A stretch of DNA of 63,238 bases, counting the filler, from Chiloscyllium plagiosum (Eukaryota): the NCBI RefSeq assembly GCF_004010195.1. It is 4 parts of one record of this genome, joined end to end, with 100 filler letters (N's around TTAATTAATTAA, not from the genome) between each part and the next. Parts side by side here need not be neighbours in the genome. Positions count along the whole stretch, not along the records: positions 1 to 25,390 come from NC_057715.1; positions 25,491 to 52,498 come from NC_057715.1; 2 more parts are not named here. One strand, 5' to 3'. The notes below the pieces were generated by a model. That model was not told the origin of the DNA, did no database searches, and was given only the letters and a program-made list of their open reading frames with translations. Below are positions 14,651 through 27,749 of this stretch, one piece after another (position 1 is the first letter of the stretch; the number at the start of each line of letters is the position of its first letter). The position numbers and the translations under genes were made by a program.

Positions 14651-15784
14651 GTCAAATTATGGGTTTGCCACAATAGCATCAGTTTTCTTTGAAGGAAAGT
14701 ATTAAAAGCTCATTAATGAAGTATTACATCTAGAGTATGCAGAGTTTAAATTAAAATTTCTTTTTATCCTTTAAGAGATGTAAGCACAGTTGACAAGGGC
14801 CAATCTTTGTTACCTACCTCTAATTGCACTTGAGAATGTCATAGTGAGCACATTCTATTGCCCATGTGGTTTAGGTATTTCATGATCTTGTCCTAAGTTA
14901 CCGAGACTTGAAGGCAGACCAAATGCTTAACTTCTCCTGGTTTAATTTCAGTCTCAGATAAACTGTCACACAATCCCTTGAGAAACCCATTGCCCTGGCT
15001 GGGATACTCAGTCACTGTGTGCCATAATAAAGGCCCTGAGCTCAACTCTCAAAGAAAGACAACCATAAAAAAAGAAGGATCTATTATTAGTGTGACATGA
15101 AAAACACCAAAAATATCAATTTAACTAATCAAAACATCAAAACAGAACACTAGCTTCCTGCTGATAAATAAGTGGCTTCCTAAGATTTAAAGCAGTTATA
15201 AGATAACAGTCCTCAAAAAACCTGAACACTCTAAGCATGCCATGCATCTTTTTTTTTTTAAAAAGATTGCCTACTCCAGACATTTATCAAAGAACTTTAA
15301 TTATCAATGATTCAAAGCAAACTTATGCTGATTGTAGTGAGTAAACTTGACTTTAGCCAATTTAAGCAAATTCTTAGCAGTATTTTGCAAGCTATTATTG
15401 GGACTTGTACGCCCTCTGTTTAAACCTTGGGAACAATGCATCGAAGTGTGTGGGGGCCCCCTAATCTAAATCTCTGGCAAGTCCTCAGACTATCTTGGTA
15501 GGATCCTTAGCCCATCATTTGAACATCTCCAAGTTTTCTCTACCTTTGGATTTTTTAATTCATGCAATTCAATTTTGTGAAGGCAATGACAGACTGGAAG
15601 CCATTACTTCACTGTTCAGTTCAAAGGAGGGTATACACAATGTTTTTCTGCTTTTGGTCAGGGTTCAGTACAATAGCCCAACTTCAGCTGTTTCACCAAC
15701 AGATGGTAGCTGATGAATCACTTCCACTGACAAAGCATCTCAAATAAAAAGCCTACACAACCATCTTGGATCCCATAGAGTCTA

Positions 15785-15952
15785 TCGTAATTCCAACGCC
15801 CCTCCCCCAAGTCCCTCCTCCCTACCTTTTATCTTAGCCTGCTGGACACACTTCCCTCATTCCTGAAGAAGGGCTTATGCCCGAAACGTCGATTCTCCTG
15901 TTCTTTGGATGCTGCCTGACCTGCTGCGCTTTTCCAGCAACATTTTTTCAGC
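15785..15952 (+). mobile_element. PLE terminal fragment with hammerhead motif and 14-bp TSD
   Basis: CTGAAGA-agggcttatgccc-GAAACGTC; TSD tcccatagagtcta (15771-15784, 15953-15966). Confidence 0.85.
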
Positions 15953-15994
15953 TCCCATAGAGTCTACTCAATCACTCAGGACATGTTACAAATT

Positions 15995-16260
15995 GGTAAA
16001 AACAATGACTGCAGATGCTGGAAACCAGATTCTGGATTAGTGGTGCTGGAAGAGCACAGCAATTCAGGCAGCATCAGAGAACAGGCAAAATCCGAGGACA
16101 GGCAAAATCAACGTTTCGGGCAAAAGCCCTTCATCAGGAATAAAGGCAGAGAGCCTGAAGCGTGGAGAGATGACGTTCTTCTTCCATGCGTCTGGTGGTG
16201 AGGGAGCGGCGGTGGAGGAGGCCCAGCACCTCCATAGCGGCAGTAGAGGAGGCCCAGCAA
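15995..16260 (-). mobile_element. PLE terminal fragment (young subfamily)
   Basis: Near-identical reverse complement of 23020-23195. Confidence 0.85.
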
Positions 16261-16469
16261 TTACGGCTTTATATCTCAATGGTACACCTCCTGATCAACT
16301 CCAAACACCAACTGCAGCCTGTCAGTTAACCAGAGTGGTATAGCCCCAGGTTTCAACCTTTCACTGATGGGATAGAGAAGAAAAAAACCTTGGCTCCACA
16401 AATGCAATGTGGGGAAAAAAGTGGAGATTGCAACTGCAGTGATCAAGGCCAAACCATCTATACACTGAA

Positions 16470-17230
16470 CTCATGGTCTCATTTGCGCCACACAAATGCC
16501 AGGCTATGGCCATCACCAATAATTGACAATCAAACCACGGCTTCTTGATATTCAATGGTATTACCACCACTGAATGCCCCAGTAACACCACAAAGGTTAA
16601 TCGTTGACCAGAAACTCAGCTTGACTCACCACATAAACAGTGGCAACAACACCAAGTCAGAAGCTAGGAACACTGCAGTGAGTAACTCACCTCCTGACTC
16701 TCCAAAGCCTGTCCACCATCTGAAAGGCACAAGTCAGATGTGTGATGGAATACTCTCCACTTGCCTGGATGACTGCAGTGCCAGCAATACTCCAGAAGTT
16801 TGACACCATACAGGACAAAGCAGCCCACTTCATTGGCACTGCATGAACAAGCATTCATTCCCTTCACCACCGATGCTATCCACAAGATGCACTGCAGAGA
16901 TTCACTAAAGATACTAAAACAGCACCTTCCAAACCCATTACCACTTCCACCTAGAAGAACAAGGGTATTAATTAGATACATGGGAACACTACCCCCTGCC
17001 AGTTCTCCTCCAAGCTACTCACCATCCTGACTTGGAAATACAACACCATTCCTGCAGTGCTGCTGGGTCAAAACCCTAAAATTCCCTTCCTAATGGTATT
17101 GTGGATCAACCCACAGCAGGTGGATTGCAACAGTTCAAGGCAGCAGCTCACCACTATCTTCTCAAGAGAAACTAGGAACGGGCAATAAATGCTGGCCAGC
17201 CAGAAACACTTACACCCTAGAAATGAACTT
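16470..17230 (+). mobile_element. CR1/L2-supergroup LINE 3' fragment (second LINE family)
   Basis: ORF2 C-terminal remnants (KAQVRCVMEYSPLAWM, DTIQDKAA, HKMHC); same family as 29700-30015, 31950-32250, 41340-41870. Confidence 0.75.
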
Positions 17231-18139
17231 AAAATAAAAACCCAATCTGTGTCTGCTGAAGCTGAGGAAGAGATAAATAACCTTGACATCAAATGATAAC
17301 TGAGCCTCCAGTCCAAGTAACATACAGAACACTTTGCTTACTGCTACCCAAGCACCTGTGGTGATACAATGTAATTTATTTCACACTATCCACATATATT
17401 TTGTCCTTTCAAGTAGGACAGCTGCCCTTCTCACCACTTATAACTGTTCAGGTAGGGTGCCAAGTCCACATTCAAAAGGTAATCTGGTCACCTTTACTTA
17501 CTGCTGTGCTCTTTTCATTTAATTAGTCATAATTTTTCTTCTCTTCCAATTCATGTATTAACCATGCTACCCTAATCCAAATATGATGCACCTGCAAGGC
17601 AAAACCCAGACCTGCAAGGGCATTACAGTCCCTAACAGATATATTCCTGGGATTACATGGTGGCATAATATGGATATTCTTTACCTAAAGACTTCTAAGC
17701 AACGACTGTGCATATTCAAGGACCTCCAGTTACCTCCATTTATCTCCATAAATGCTTCAAGTGAAATGGGGTACACCATGTACTAACTTTCAACAATGTC
17801 ACAAGATCTTTGGCTTCTCTGAAATATGCAGAGGCTTTTCTTCTACAGCAGAGAATCTGACCTCCATATGATACCACCTAGTTGAGTTCTGCCTCTTTGA
17901 AGCACAGGGTAATAGGAAACAATGTTAGTGGCCTTAGCAAACTGAGCACAGATAAATGGAATCTGGGAATTTTTGGCAGGAATATCTGAACACTGCAATG
18001 CATGATGCTCCCTCTATGCCATCAGGAGAAGATAGTATATCTAGAGTGGTGTTCACCTCAAATAACACTACCCAAAGCGAGTTCACAACTGTTTTAGTTA
18101 AAAAATAGATATTTAAGATGTACAGAGTTCTGGTCTTAC

Positions 18140-18245
18140 CAACTTTGCTGTTGACGCAGTTAGTATCAATTTCTCCTCGATCTCCTTGCCTACTTTCTGA
18201 ACAGTTACCTGAGTCTGTTTTATTACGCGTTGAGCAGTATGAAGC
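18140..18245 (-). CDS. UVRAG: UVRAG internal coding exon, 106 nt
   Basis: ttgttatag|...|gtaaga splice sites; (R)[35 protein letters not shown] matches recalled [32 protein letters not shown]. Confidence 0.95.
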
Positions 18246-21109
18246 CTATAACAAAAATAAATAAAAACAGATATAATTTACCATTACAATATCCCAATTT
18301 CACTACAATAATGAGAAATCCTGTCCTTTGGGTATCCGTTCCTTTCAATGATAATGGCACCACGGATTCACTTGCACTAACGAGGCCTATAGCTACTTCC
18401 AGGTTAGTATGTATTTAACCCACAACACAACTGAACAAAAAAGGGGAATACCATCAACCATCCTCCTGCCAAAGAAATTCCAAGGATTGAACTATTTTGA
18501 GAAGAAACAACGAGCAAAGGGAGATAGGAACAAATGTACAATCATAATTAGCATGCACTGAGAAAACCTACACCATTACAACATGACTAAAACAATACGG
18601 TGATAGAGGTCAGACATTTGATTGAAGACATATCCCATGAAGTTCACAGATTTTTTTTTTAAATCAGGACCATTGGAATAGGACATTAGGTAGTTGCATC
18701 GCCATGAGTCATAACCAATGGCTCTCACATCTGATATTTATATACCTATGACAATATTCATTTTAAAAGTTAGAAAAAAGAGCTTTTTTCCCCCCAGTTT
18801 GGAACACACCAATTCTATTCCACTGGGGGACGAGTTGCTTTCTTACATTTAATTGAGTATAGAACAACTGTGTCTCAATTTCACAGCATATACAATTCTT
18901 ACAAAGATCATTTTGGAAACAGTTGCTATCAAGCTATTACAAAGCAATCCACACACATGGCCAGAGGTAATAACACGAATCAGCTTCCTTTCAAATTTAT
19001 TTCAAATGCATTATTAGCATTAGGTTTAACCAAATAAATTCAGGGTCATATTAGATGAGAAAATGGTAATCTCTTAAATGATAGTCAAACCTGTATTTTT
19101 GAAGATGATACAGTGTATTTAGAATGGTAAGGACATTGGTTTGTAGGGGTTTGGAGGAATAGGGAGACTGTGGTGGTGAACGGAGGAAAACACAGCCATT
19201 GCATACTTTCAAGGTGGAGCCAGAAAAATTCTTCATTGGCAAATGAGTCAAAGGATATGGGGTAAACAGGAAATTAGAGGCCACACAATCTGATTGAATA
19301 TGACTCACTCATAGCCAGAGTGGATCTGAGGGAACACATGGCGTACCTTCAGTCCTAATTTCAGTGTTGCATGATTTCAACATTGTGTATTTGATGGGGC
19401 AAAGACATGAGCATTTATTGCATCAAAAGTATGATATTATATAAGAGGTCATGTGGCCTGTTGTAATTACACCAGGTCCTTTAGCCAAGTTATCTAATTA
19501 ACATTGGAGGACAGCCTGATTTGTTGTGCCATGTTCTCCCAACCTCACTCCATAGTGCTGCAGCAGGCCATCACTAACACCAGAGAATACAACATGTAAC
19601 TGAAACACAAATGGAGAAGAAAGCTTCAAACAAGTTCAAAGGGGAACATTTTCAAACATTGCCACAAAAGGCACTACTCACTGGATGGACTAAGTGGTAG
19701 TTCTGCGCAAGAATTCTGAACAAAAATACAACCTCCAAAATACAGTAATGTATGGCACATTTTAACTTGCAGTAATCCTTGAACACATTAAAGTGAAAAT
19801 CTGACTATTATTTTTGATTCAGAACAGCTACTCCAGTCCCCCACATAGATTAATCTTTCAGAGTTCCGCTAAAACGAGAGCAATTTATGACTTGATTCTG
19901 TTTGCTTAGTGCAAACCTGTCAAGAGTGCGGCCTCCACCCAAACCACATTTTAATTGTTGAGTTTCATGGTCTGCAGCAGCACTGTTTAAAAGTCTCAGA
20001 CTTGTGCCAAATTCACCAATCCTCAGTTAGGGCTGAGGGAAAGCTTTTTACAATTGGTGATAGCAGCCCAGTGAAAAACATTGATCACTCAAGGGCTGAT
20101 TTGTTGGCAATGTGTGTTTTGGAATGGAAGAGAGGATAATTTTATTGTAAAATTGAAGGTCACATTTCCTTATGATGGTGCTAGCATCTAATATGTTTGT
20201 ATCTGGTCATAAAAATCACTGTCTGGCATGTAAACTAGGTTCTGAAAAAACATGAGAAAAATCAATGCCAATTTCATCAGCAGAATACCATTTAAGCTGA
20301 AGCAATATAATTCCAACTTTTTAAAAAATTTCTGCATAGTTATGATCTTATGAACACAGGTTGAAAGAAATAACTAAAGGACATAGGAAATTGGAGCAGG
20401 ATTAAGCCAGTCAGTCCCTGAAACCAGCCCAGTAAGATCATAGCTCATCTGTCCCAGGCTCGACTGTTTTTTGGTGCTTTTGGAATGGACCAACCATTAG
20501 GGTAGACAACTTTATATCAATACTACTGAGGGTTACCATCATACCTAATCCAAATCCTCCATTTCTAATTGATGAGTTAGTCTCAATACAAACTAGATCC
20601 CAAAACAGCATCATGACTCATCTCACACAGATGTGCACTCAATCAAGAGCAAAACCAGGTAGATATTCTGAATCATTAATTCCCCTTCACTATCCATCCA
20701 TAACACTACAATCACTTTGCTGCCTGAAGAAAATTCTATACAGATCAGGCATCAAAACAGCAAATTAAAACAGGACTTAAACTTAATGTCTAAATGCCCA
20801 TCTTTGTCATTAAATCAGAAGTCTACTCCATGTGTTTTATAACGTGGTGGAATCCATGACTAAGTACCTGCACACTCCTATTTGCACTTGGATTCTCTCA
20901 GCCAGGCTCCTGCAAGCTGACTGGATCCATAAGCATAATTGCATGTCATGCATGAAAAAGCAAGGATTTCTCTTTCACCCCATGACAACACAGGCCATAT
21001 GTATCCAGGAACTGGAGTCAATATCATGATATGGGTTAGCGTCTGTTAAGAGGTAGCAGCATGTGTAGGCATAAAGGAATGATAAAGTTAAGCATGATCT
21101 GATAAATCA

Positions 21110-21619
21110 TGTTCCTCGGAATGGATACTACAGCCTCAACTTGTCAACATGCGAGGCTGTGGGCATTTGGGAGGTAGGACAAAATGGCTGAAGGAGCTGT
21201 ACAAAATGGCTTCTGCATTGCTAAAGTAGATTGCACTGAACCAGACAGAAACAAGAAACTGCAGACTGATGTAGATTTGATAAAATACAGAAGTAACGGT
21301 TTAACCATAACCACAAGGCATGACAAATAAGATCCTAAGAACAGGTTATTTACAAGAAATTGTGATAGGCTAAAACAGAATGCTTGAGGCCTTTATGCTA
21401 TTTCATTGGTTATTACGAAGTGATCATGCTCCATGCTTGCCTATGAACAACATATATAAACCCTATGCAAACTCTAAGGGGGTCAGATTCTTTGGTGGTC
21501 TAGGAGTACTCATACTTCTGGCTGATCAAAGTCTACTGACCCGACCGTATCAAAGAATAACGATTAATTGAGAGATTGACAGTGCTGTTCACAGGTGTTT
21601 ATTGACCGATAGCGGAACA
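21110..21619 (+). mobile_element. Probable solo LTR
   Basis: TGTTCC...GGAACA terminal inverted repeats, TATATAAA at 21453, AATAAC downstream, flanks atca/atga. Confidence 0.6.
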
Positions 21620-22247
21620 ATGAACCACGCACTGCCCAATTCTCTCTCTTTCCTAAGATTCACAAACCTGACTGCCTGATCAACCCATTGTCTCAGCATG
21701 TACCTGCCCCACTGAACTCACCTCTTCCTACCTCAACACTGTCCAGTCCCCCTTAGTCCAGGAAATCCCCACCTATGTTCGTGACACCATCCACACCCTT
21801 CACCTCCAAGATTTTCGTTTTCCTGGCACCCCCCCATGCCTCATCTTCACCATGGACATCCAGTCCCTGTACACATCAATTCACCAGGACAAAAGTCTCC
21901 AAGCTCTCAGTTTCTTCTTCTCACGCCGTCCCAACCAGTACCCTTCCTCTGACACCCTCATTCGCCTGGCTGAACTGGTCGACACCCTCAATAACTTGTC
22001 CTTCCAATCCTCACACTTCCTCCAAACGAAAGGAGTAGCCACAAGGGACTCAGCTATGCCTGCCCGTTTGTCGGATACATGGTAATTACACCGACACCAC
22101 TCCCCACCTCTTTCTCCGCTACATTGATGACTGCATTGGCGCCACCTCGTGCTCCTGCGAGGTGGTTGAGCAATTCATCAACTTCACCAACACATTCCAC
22201 CCTGACCTTAAATTTACCTGGACCATCTCTGACACCTCCCTTCCCTT
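21620..22247 (+). mobile_element. Penelope-like element RT fragment
   Basis: PKIHKPD, MDIQSLYTSI, RYIDD-type PLE RT motifs; runs into gap. Confidence 0.9.
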
Positions 22248-22975
22248 NNNNNNNNNNNNNNNNNNNNNNNNNNNNNNNNNNNNNNNNNNNNNNNNNNNNN
22301 NNNNNNNNNNNNNNNNNNNNNNNNNNNNNNNNNNNNNNNNNNNNNNNNNNNNNNNNNNNNNNNNNNNNNNNNNNNNNNNNNNNNNNNNNNNNNNNNNNNN
22401 NNNNNNNNNNNNNNNNNNNNNNNNNNNNNNNNNNNNNNNNNNNNNNNNNNNNNNNNNNNNNNNNNNNNNNNNNNNNNNNNNNNNNNNNNNNNNNNNNNNN
22501 NNNNNNNNNNNNNNNNNNNNNNNNNNNNNNNNNNNNNNNNNNNNNNNNNNNNNNNNNNNNNNNNNNNNNNNNNNNNNNNNNNNNNNNNNNNNNNNNNNNN
22601 NNNNNNNNNNNNNNNNNNNNNNNNNNNNNNNNNNNNNNNNNNNNNNNNNNNNNNNNNNNNNNNNNNNNNNNNNNNNNNNNNNNNNNNNNNNNNNNNNNNN
22701 NNNNNNNNNNNNNNNNNNNNNNNNNNNNNNNNNNNNNNNNNNNNNNNNNNNNNNNNNNNNNNNNNNNNNNNNNNNNNNNNNNNNNNNNNNNNNNNNNNNN
22801 NNNNNNNNNNNNNNNNNNNNNNNNNNNNNNNNNNNNNNNNNNNNNNNNNNNNNNNNNNNNNNNNNNNNNNNNNNNNNNNNNNNNNNNNNNNNNNNNNNNN
22901 NNNNNNNNNNNNNNNNNNNNNNNNNNNNNNNNNNNNNNNNNNNNNNNNNNNNNNNNNNNNNNNNNNNNNNNNNNN
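22248..22975. other. Assembly gap
   Basis: N run. Confidence 1.
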
Positions 22976-24605
22976 TACTCTATGCTACTCTCTCCCCACC
23001 CCCACCCTCCTCTAGTTTATCTCTCCACGCTTCAGGCTCTCTGCCTTTATTCCTGATAAAGGGCTTTTGCCCGAAACGTCGATTTTGCCTGTCCTCGGAT
23101 TTTGCCTGTCCTCGGATGCTGCCTGAATTGCTGTGCTCTTCCAGCTCCACTAATCCAGAATCTGGTTTCCAGCATCTGCAGTCATTGTTTTGACCTCGGC
23201 TCTGATACATGGTCTATCTTCCACATTTACACCGGCACAACCCTCCACCCGTTCCTCTGCTACAGCAATGACTATTAGGCACTGACTCATGCTCCCATGA
23301 GGAGGTTGAACAGTCCAACTTTACCAACACCTCCCAGCCTGACCTCAAATTCACCTGGACCATCTCAGACTCTTCCTTCCCCTTCCTGGAACTCTCGATC
23401 ACCGTCTCCTGCCACCGACTAACCACAGACATCTACTACAAACCCACCAACTCCCACAACTACCTGGACTACACCTTCTCCCACCCTACGCCTGTAAAAA
23501 TACCATCCCTTATTCCCAATTCCTCTGCCTCTGCCGCATCTGTTCCCAGGATGAAGAATTCCACCTCAAAGTCCCAGATGGCCACCTTCTTCCATGATCG
23601 CAACTTCTCTTCCCACATGGTTGATGATGCCCTCAGCACATCACCTGCACTTCACACACCACCACCCTTGAACCCCACCCCTCCCAATGCTACAAGGACA
23701 GAACCCACCACCCCACCGTGTCCTCACCTTCCAACCCACCAAGCTCTGCATACATCGCACTATCTTCTGCCACCTCCAACCCACCAAACATATTTCCCTC
23801 CCTACCCCCATCAGTGTTCCAGAAAGACCATGCCCTCCACAACTTCCCCGTCAGGTCCACAGCCCCCACTAGCCCACACCTGGCATCTTTCTCTGCCATT
23901 ACATCGGGGAGACAGGACACCTTCTTGTAGATCATTTCAGAGAACATCTCTGGGACACCTGCACCCACCAACCCCATCACTTCGTTGGTGAACACTTGAA
24001 CTCCCCCACCCACTCTGTCAAAGACATGCAGGTCCTGGGCCGCCTCCACTGCCAAACCGTTACCACCCGAGTCCTGGAGGAAGAATGCCTCATTGTACCT
24101 TGGGACCCTGCAATCACAGGATAATTGTGGATTTCAACAGCTTGCTCATTTTCCCCCCCTTCCCACATTATCCTCGTCACAAGCCTCCAACTCCGCATCT
24201 CCCTCCGGACCTGTCCGTCACTCCCCGCTCTGACCTATCACCTTCTCCTATTGCTTTCTCAGCTACCGTTCCAACCAACCCCAACCCCCTCCTATTTATC
24301 TCTCAGCTACAGTCCACAAGCCTCATTCCTGAAGGGCTTATGCCCAAAACATCAATTCTCCTGCTCCTCAGATGCTGCCTGACCTGCTGTGCTTTCCCAG
24401 CAATACACACTCTACTACACTCTCCAACCAACCCCAACCCCCTCCTATTTATCTCTCAGCTACAGTCCACAAGCCTCATTCCTGATGAAGGGCTTATGCC
24501 CAAAACATCAATTCTCCTGCTCCTCGGATGCTGCCTGACCTGCTGTGCTTTCCCAGCAATACACACTCTACTGATCTCCAGCATCTGCAGTCCTCACTTT
24601 CTCCC
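22976..24605 (+). mobile_element. PLE fragments (terminal repeat; RT thumb to GIY-YIG remnant; tandem terminal repeats)
   Basis: DLKFTWTIS, TDIYYKPTNSHNYLDY, IPYSQFL motifs; hammerhead-bearing repeats at 23052, 24329, 24482. Confidence 0.9.
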
Positions 24606-24921
24606 AGTTAAAGTATGTATGAAACAGTTTCCCCTTAAAGAAAGAAGCTAGTTTAAGCATGCTAGCAAATTGCTTACCTCAATGCAAAGGTTTCAGTATT
24701 AAAATTCCAAACAAGAAATTTTTGGTTAAAATGCCAAAAGGGTTATTTGAAGGGGAGAAAGACTAAGCTCAAATGTGTGAATACTTAAAGAAGATATCAA
24801 ATCTCTCAAGACCAGGAACTGAAAGGCACAGTTAAGTCAAACTCTATTAGATGCCTGAAAGAAGGGAATTCTTTGATGGAGTACTATAAAGGGATGCCGT
24901 TGCAACAGATAAACCTTACAG

Positions 24922-25390
24922 GAGTCAGAGATGTACAGCATGGAAACTGACCCTTCGGTCCAACCCGTCCCTGCCGACCAGATACCCCAACCCAATAGAG
25001 TCCCACCTGCCAGCACCTGGCCCATATCCCTCCAAACCCTTCCTACTCATATACCGATCCAAATGCCTCTTAAATGTTGCAATTGTACCAGTCTCCACCA
25101 CATCCTCTGGCAGCTCATTCCATACATGTACCACCGTCTGTGTGAAAAAGCCACCTCTTAGGTCTCTTCTAAATCTTTCCCCCCTCACCCTAAACCTACG
25201 CCCTCAATTCTGAACTCTCCCATCCCAGGGAAAAGACTTTGCCTATTTATCCTATCCATGCCCCTCAATTTTATAAACCTCTGAGGTCACCCCTCAGCGT
25301 CTGACGCTCCAGGGAAAACAGCCCTAGCCTGTTCAGCCTCTCCCTGTAGCTCAGATCTTCCAACCCTGGCAACATCCTTGTAAATCTTTT
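24922..25390 (-). mobile_element. HER1-type CR1 3' fragment
   Basis: ORF 24925-25188 FFTQTVVHVWNELP. Confidence 0.9.
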
Positions 25391-25490
25391 NNNNNNNNNN
25401 NNNNNNNNNNNNNNNNNNNNNNNNNNNNNNNNNNTTAATTAATTAANNNNNNNNNNNNNNNNNNNNNNNNNNNNNNNNNNNNNNNNNNNN
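25391..25490. other. Artificial scaffold linker N44-TTAATTAATTAA-N44
   Basis: Identical 100-nt construct also at 52499-52598 and 59446-59545. Confidence 0.97.
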
Positions 25491-26103
25491 AATTTCCCTC
25501 TGACTATTGGGGGGTCTATAATACAATCCCAATAAGGTTATTATCCCTTTCTTATTTCTCAGTTCCACCCAAATAACTTCTCTGATGTATTTCCGGGAAT
25601 ATCCTCCCTCAGTACAGCTGTAATGCTATCCCTTATCAAGAATGCCACTCCCCCTCCTCTCTTGCCTCCCTTTCTATCCTTCCTGTAGCATTTGTATCCT
25701 GGAACATTAAGCTGCCAGTCCTGCCCATCCCTGAGCCATGTTGGAGGTTTATAAAGATCATGAGGGGAGTGGACAGGTTAAATAGACGAGGTCTTTTCCC
25801 TGTGGTGGGGGAATCCAGAACTAGAGGGCATAGGTTTAGGGTGAGAGGGGAATGATATAAAATGGACCTAAGGAGCAACTTCTTCCCACAGAGGGTGGTG
25901 CATGTATGGAATGACCTGACAGAGGAAGTGGTGGAGGCTAGTACAATAACAACATTTAAAAGGCATCTGGAATGGTATATGAACAGGAAGGGTTTAGAGG
26001 GATATGGGCCAAGTGCTGGCAAATGGGACTGGATTAGTTTAGGATATCTGGTCGGCATGGACAAGTTGGACTGAAGGGCCTGTTTCTGTGCTGTATGACT
26101 CTG
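25491..26103. mobile_element. CR1/HER1 copy with inverted 5' part
   Basis: 25491-25742 is the endonuclease region on minus; 25743-26103 is the 3' end on plus. Confidence 0.7.
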
Positions 26104-26793
26104 TAACAGGGGTTTTCTTGTTTGATTTTACTTGGATTGAGGAGCGAATGGTATCATGGGAACTGTCACTCCAAAAGGGAGAAGTGATGTAATGAAAGAT
26201 GTGATGTAATGCCAACGCTGACAGCCACATGCCATGATTAAAGATGTCAGGTTCTCTGGCTAATCCTGATTGTTTGCCTGAAGCAATGACAATGTATGAC
26301 TCCTCCCCTCCGCCCATGGAATTTTACAGGCAGTCACAAATCTCAACAGGCCTTTGCAAATTACTTTGTTCTTTCAGGAACAATTTGAAACATGTTATTC
26401 CACATGATAGCATCACTTTTGTTAAACAGTACATTGGAAGCCATGCCAATAAAGGAGGGGTAGATTTTGACTCCCCTTTAACTCTTGTTTTCATTCCCTC
26501 TGGCTGTATTCGCTCCTTCTGTTATTTAGTTATTGCTGCTCTCTCTCATTCTATTTATGTTTTATCTCTCTTTCTGGGGTCAGTTTTAACCTTCCAGGAT
26601 CAGAGGGCACAGTCTCAGAATAAAGGGGCACCAATTTCAGACTGAGATGAGGAGGAATTTCTGCTCTCAGAGGGTTGTGAGTCTTTGGAACTCCTTGTCA
26701 CAGAGAGTTGTGGGGGCAGAGTCCTTGTGTATATTTAAGGCTGAGATAGATTCTTGATTAGTCATGGAATCAAGGGTTACAGGGAAAGGGCAG

Positions 26794-27029
26794 TGTAGAG
26801 ATTGTAGTGAGATCCGCTGGGTGGACCTTATAGAATCTGAGTTCTCTGGTTGGAGCTGTTTACCTGATCCAATCAAGGAGCCCTGGCTGACAGATAAGAA
26901 CAAGAGTGTCAGAGGTTCTGTTCCCTCTGAGAGCTGGCTCTGAGGGAGCTGGATCAATGTCAAGGCCTCTCCCCATGTAAATAAAGAGGGACTTGGTGAC
27001 GGGTTATTGGCCTCTGTGAGGTTATTCCA
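26794..27029 (+). mobile_element. Short solo LTR inserted into a CR1 3' fragment
   Basis: TG...CA ends, AATAAA near 26980, 6-bp TSD gggcag; related copy 56871-57092. Confidence 0.75.
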
Positions 27030-27303
27030 GGGCAGGAAAGTGGACATGAGCCATGATCCTATTGAATGACGGAGTAGGCTTGATGGAACGAATGACCTAC
27101 TTTGTTCCTGTTTCTTATGGTCTTTGTAACCCTGAGTGTGTTTTAGGAAGGTTCGTTGCAAACTGCCCAGATTACACAGAGATTTGATTTTAACAGCCTG
27201 TTCAGCCTTTCTTAATCCTACTGGATGAGGTGGATTAACGTCGACCACTCTTTCCCTTTCGCTCTCACATTCCCTTACCATTTTGTTCTCATTTTTTCTC
27301 TCA

Positions 27304-27337
<34 letters not shown>

Positions 27338-27749
27338 TAATCATTCCTTCTTTCCCTTTCCAGATTTTTTCTTTCCTTTCCTTTCCATTCTTACTCCTTT
27401 AGTTCTGATATCCCACCTGCGTGTTATTGAAAAGTGAATGGAATTGAATGGAATAACTTGGGGAGAATGAAAACATGGGCTCAATCTCAAATAACAAACC
27501 TCAACATTTGAGCTTTTGAAATATTTTTAAACTCTCGGCAGGCCTCCCCTCACCACCATGCCTTTGTTACAATTCCAATGGAAGGAGTGCGTTGTTAATC
27601 CCAAGACGTAATAATATCCACCAAATCACAATGGTCACCAAATTACTTTCGTTTTACGATTATTTAGGACAAAATCAAGTCTCCCAGCAGGTTTGATCAG
27701 GAAATAAAAATATATTTATCGCGAACAAACTTAATCTTTAACCAAATAC

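Noticed and set aside
22079..23193. Long ORFs of 309-427 aa (here and at 39195-40478)
   Set aside because: Artefacts of translating N gaps
24673..24720. Donor-like GAG|GTAAG as the upstream UVRAG exon
   Set aside because: Peptide NFNTETFALR does not match the expected RNSYDVFSLLR; no further UVRAG exon was found in the window
25391..25490. Recurrent TTAATTAATTAA palindrome within N runs (also 52543, 59490)
   Set aside because: Synthetic six-frame-stop scaffold linker. It also means the EBL region cannot be assumed to lie inside the UVRAG intron.
26244..26645. 133-aa ORF
   Set aside because: Runs through low-complexity sequence into a CR1 fragment; no homology recognised
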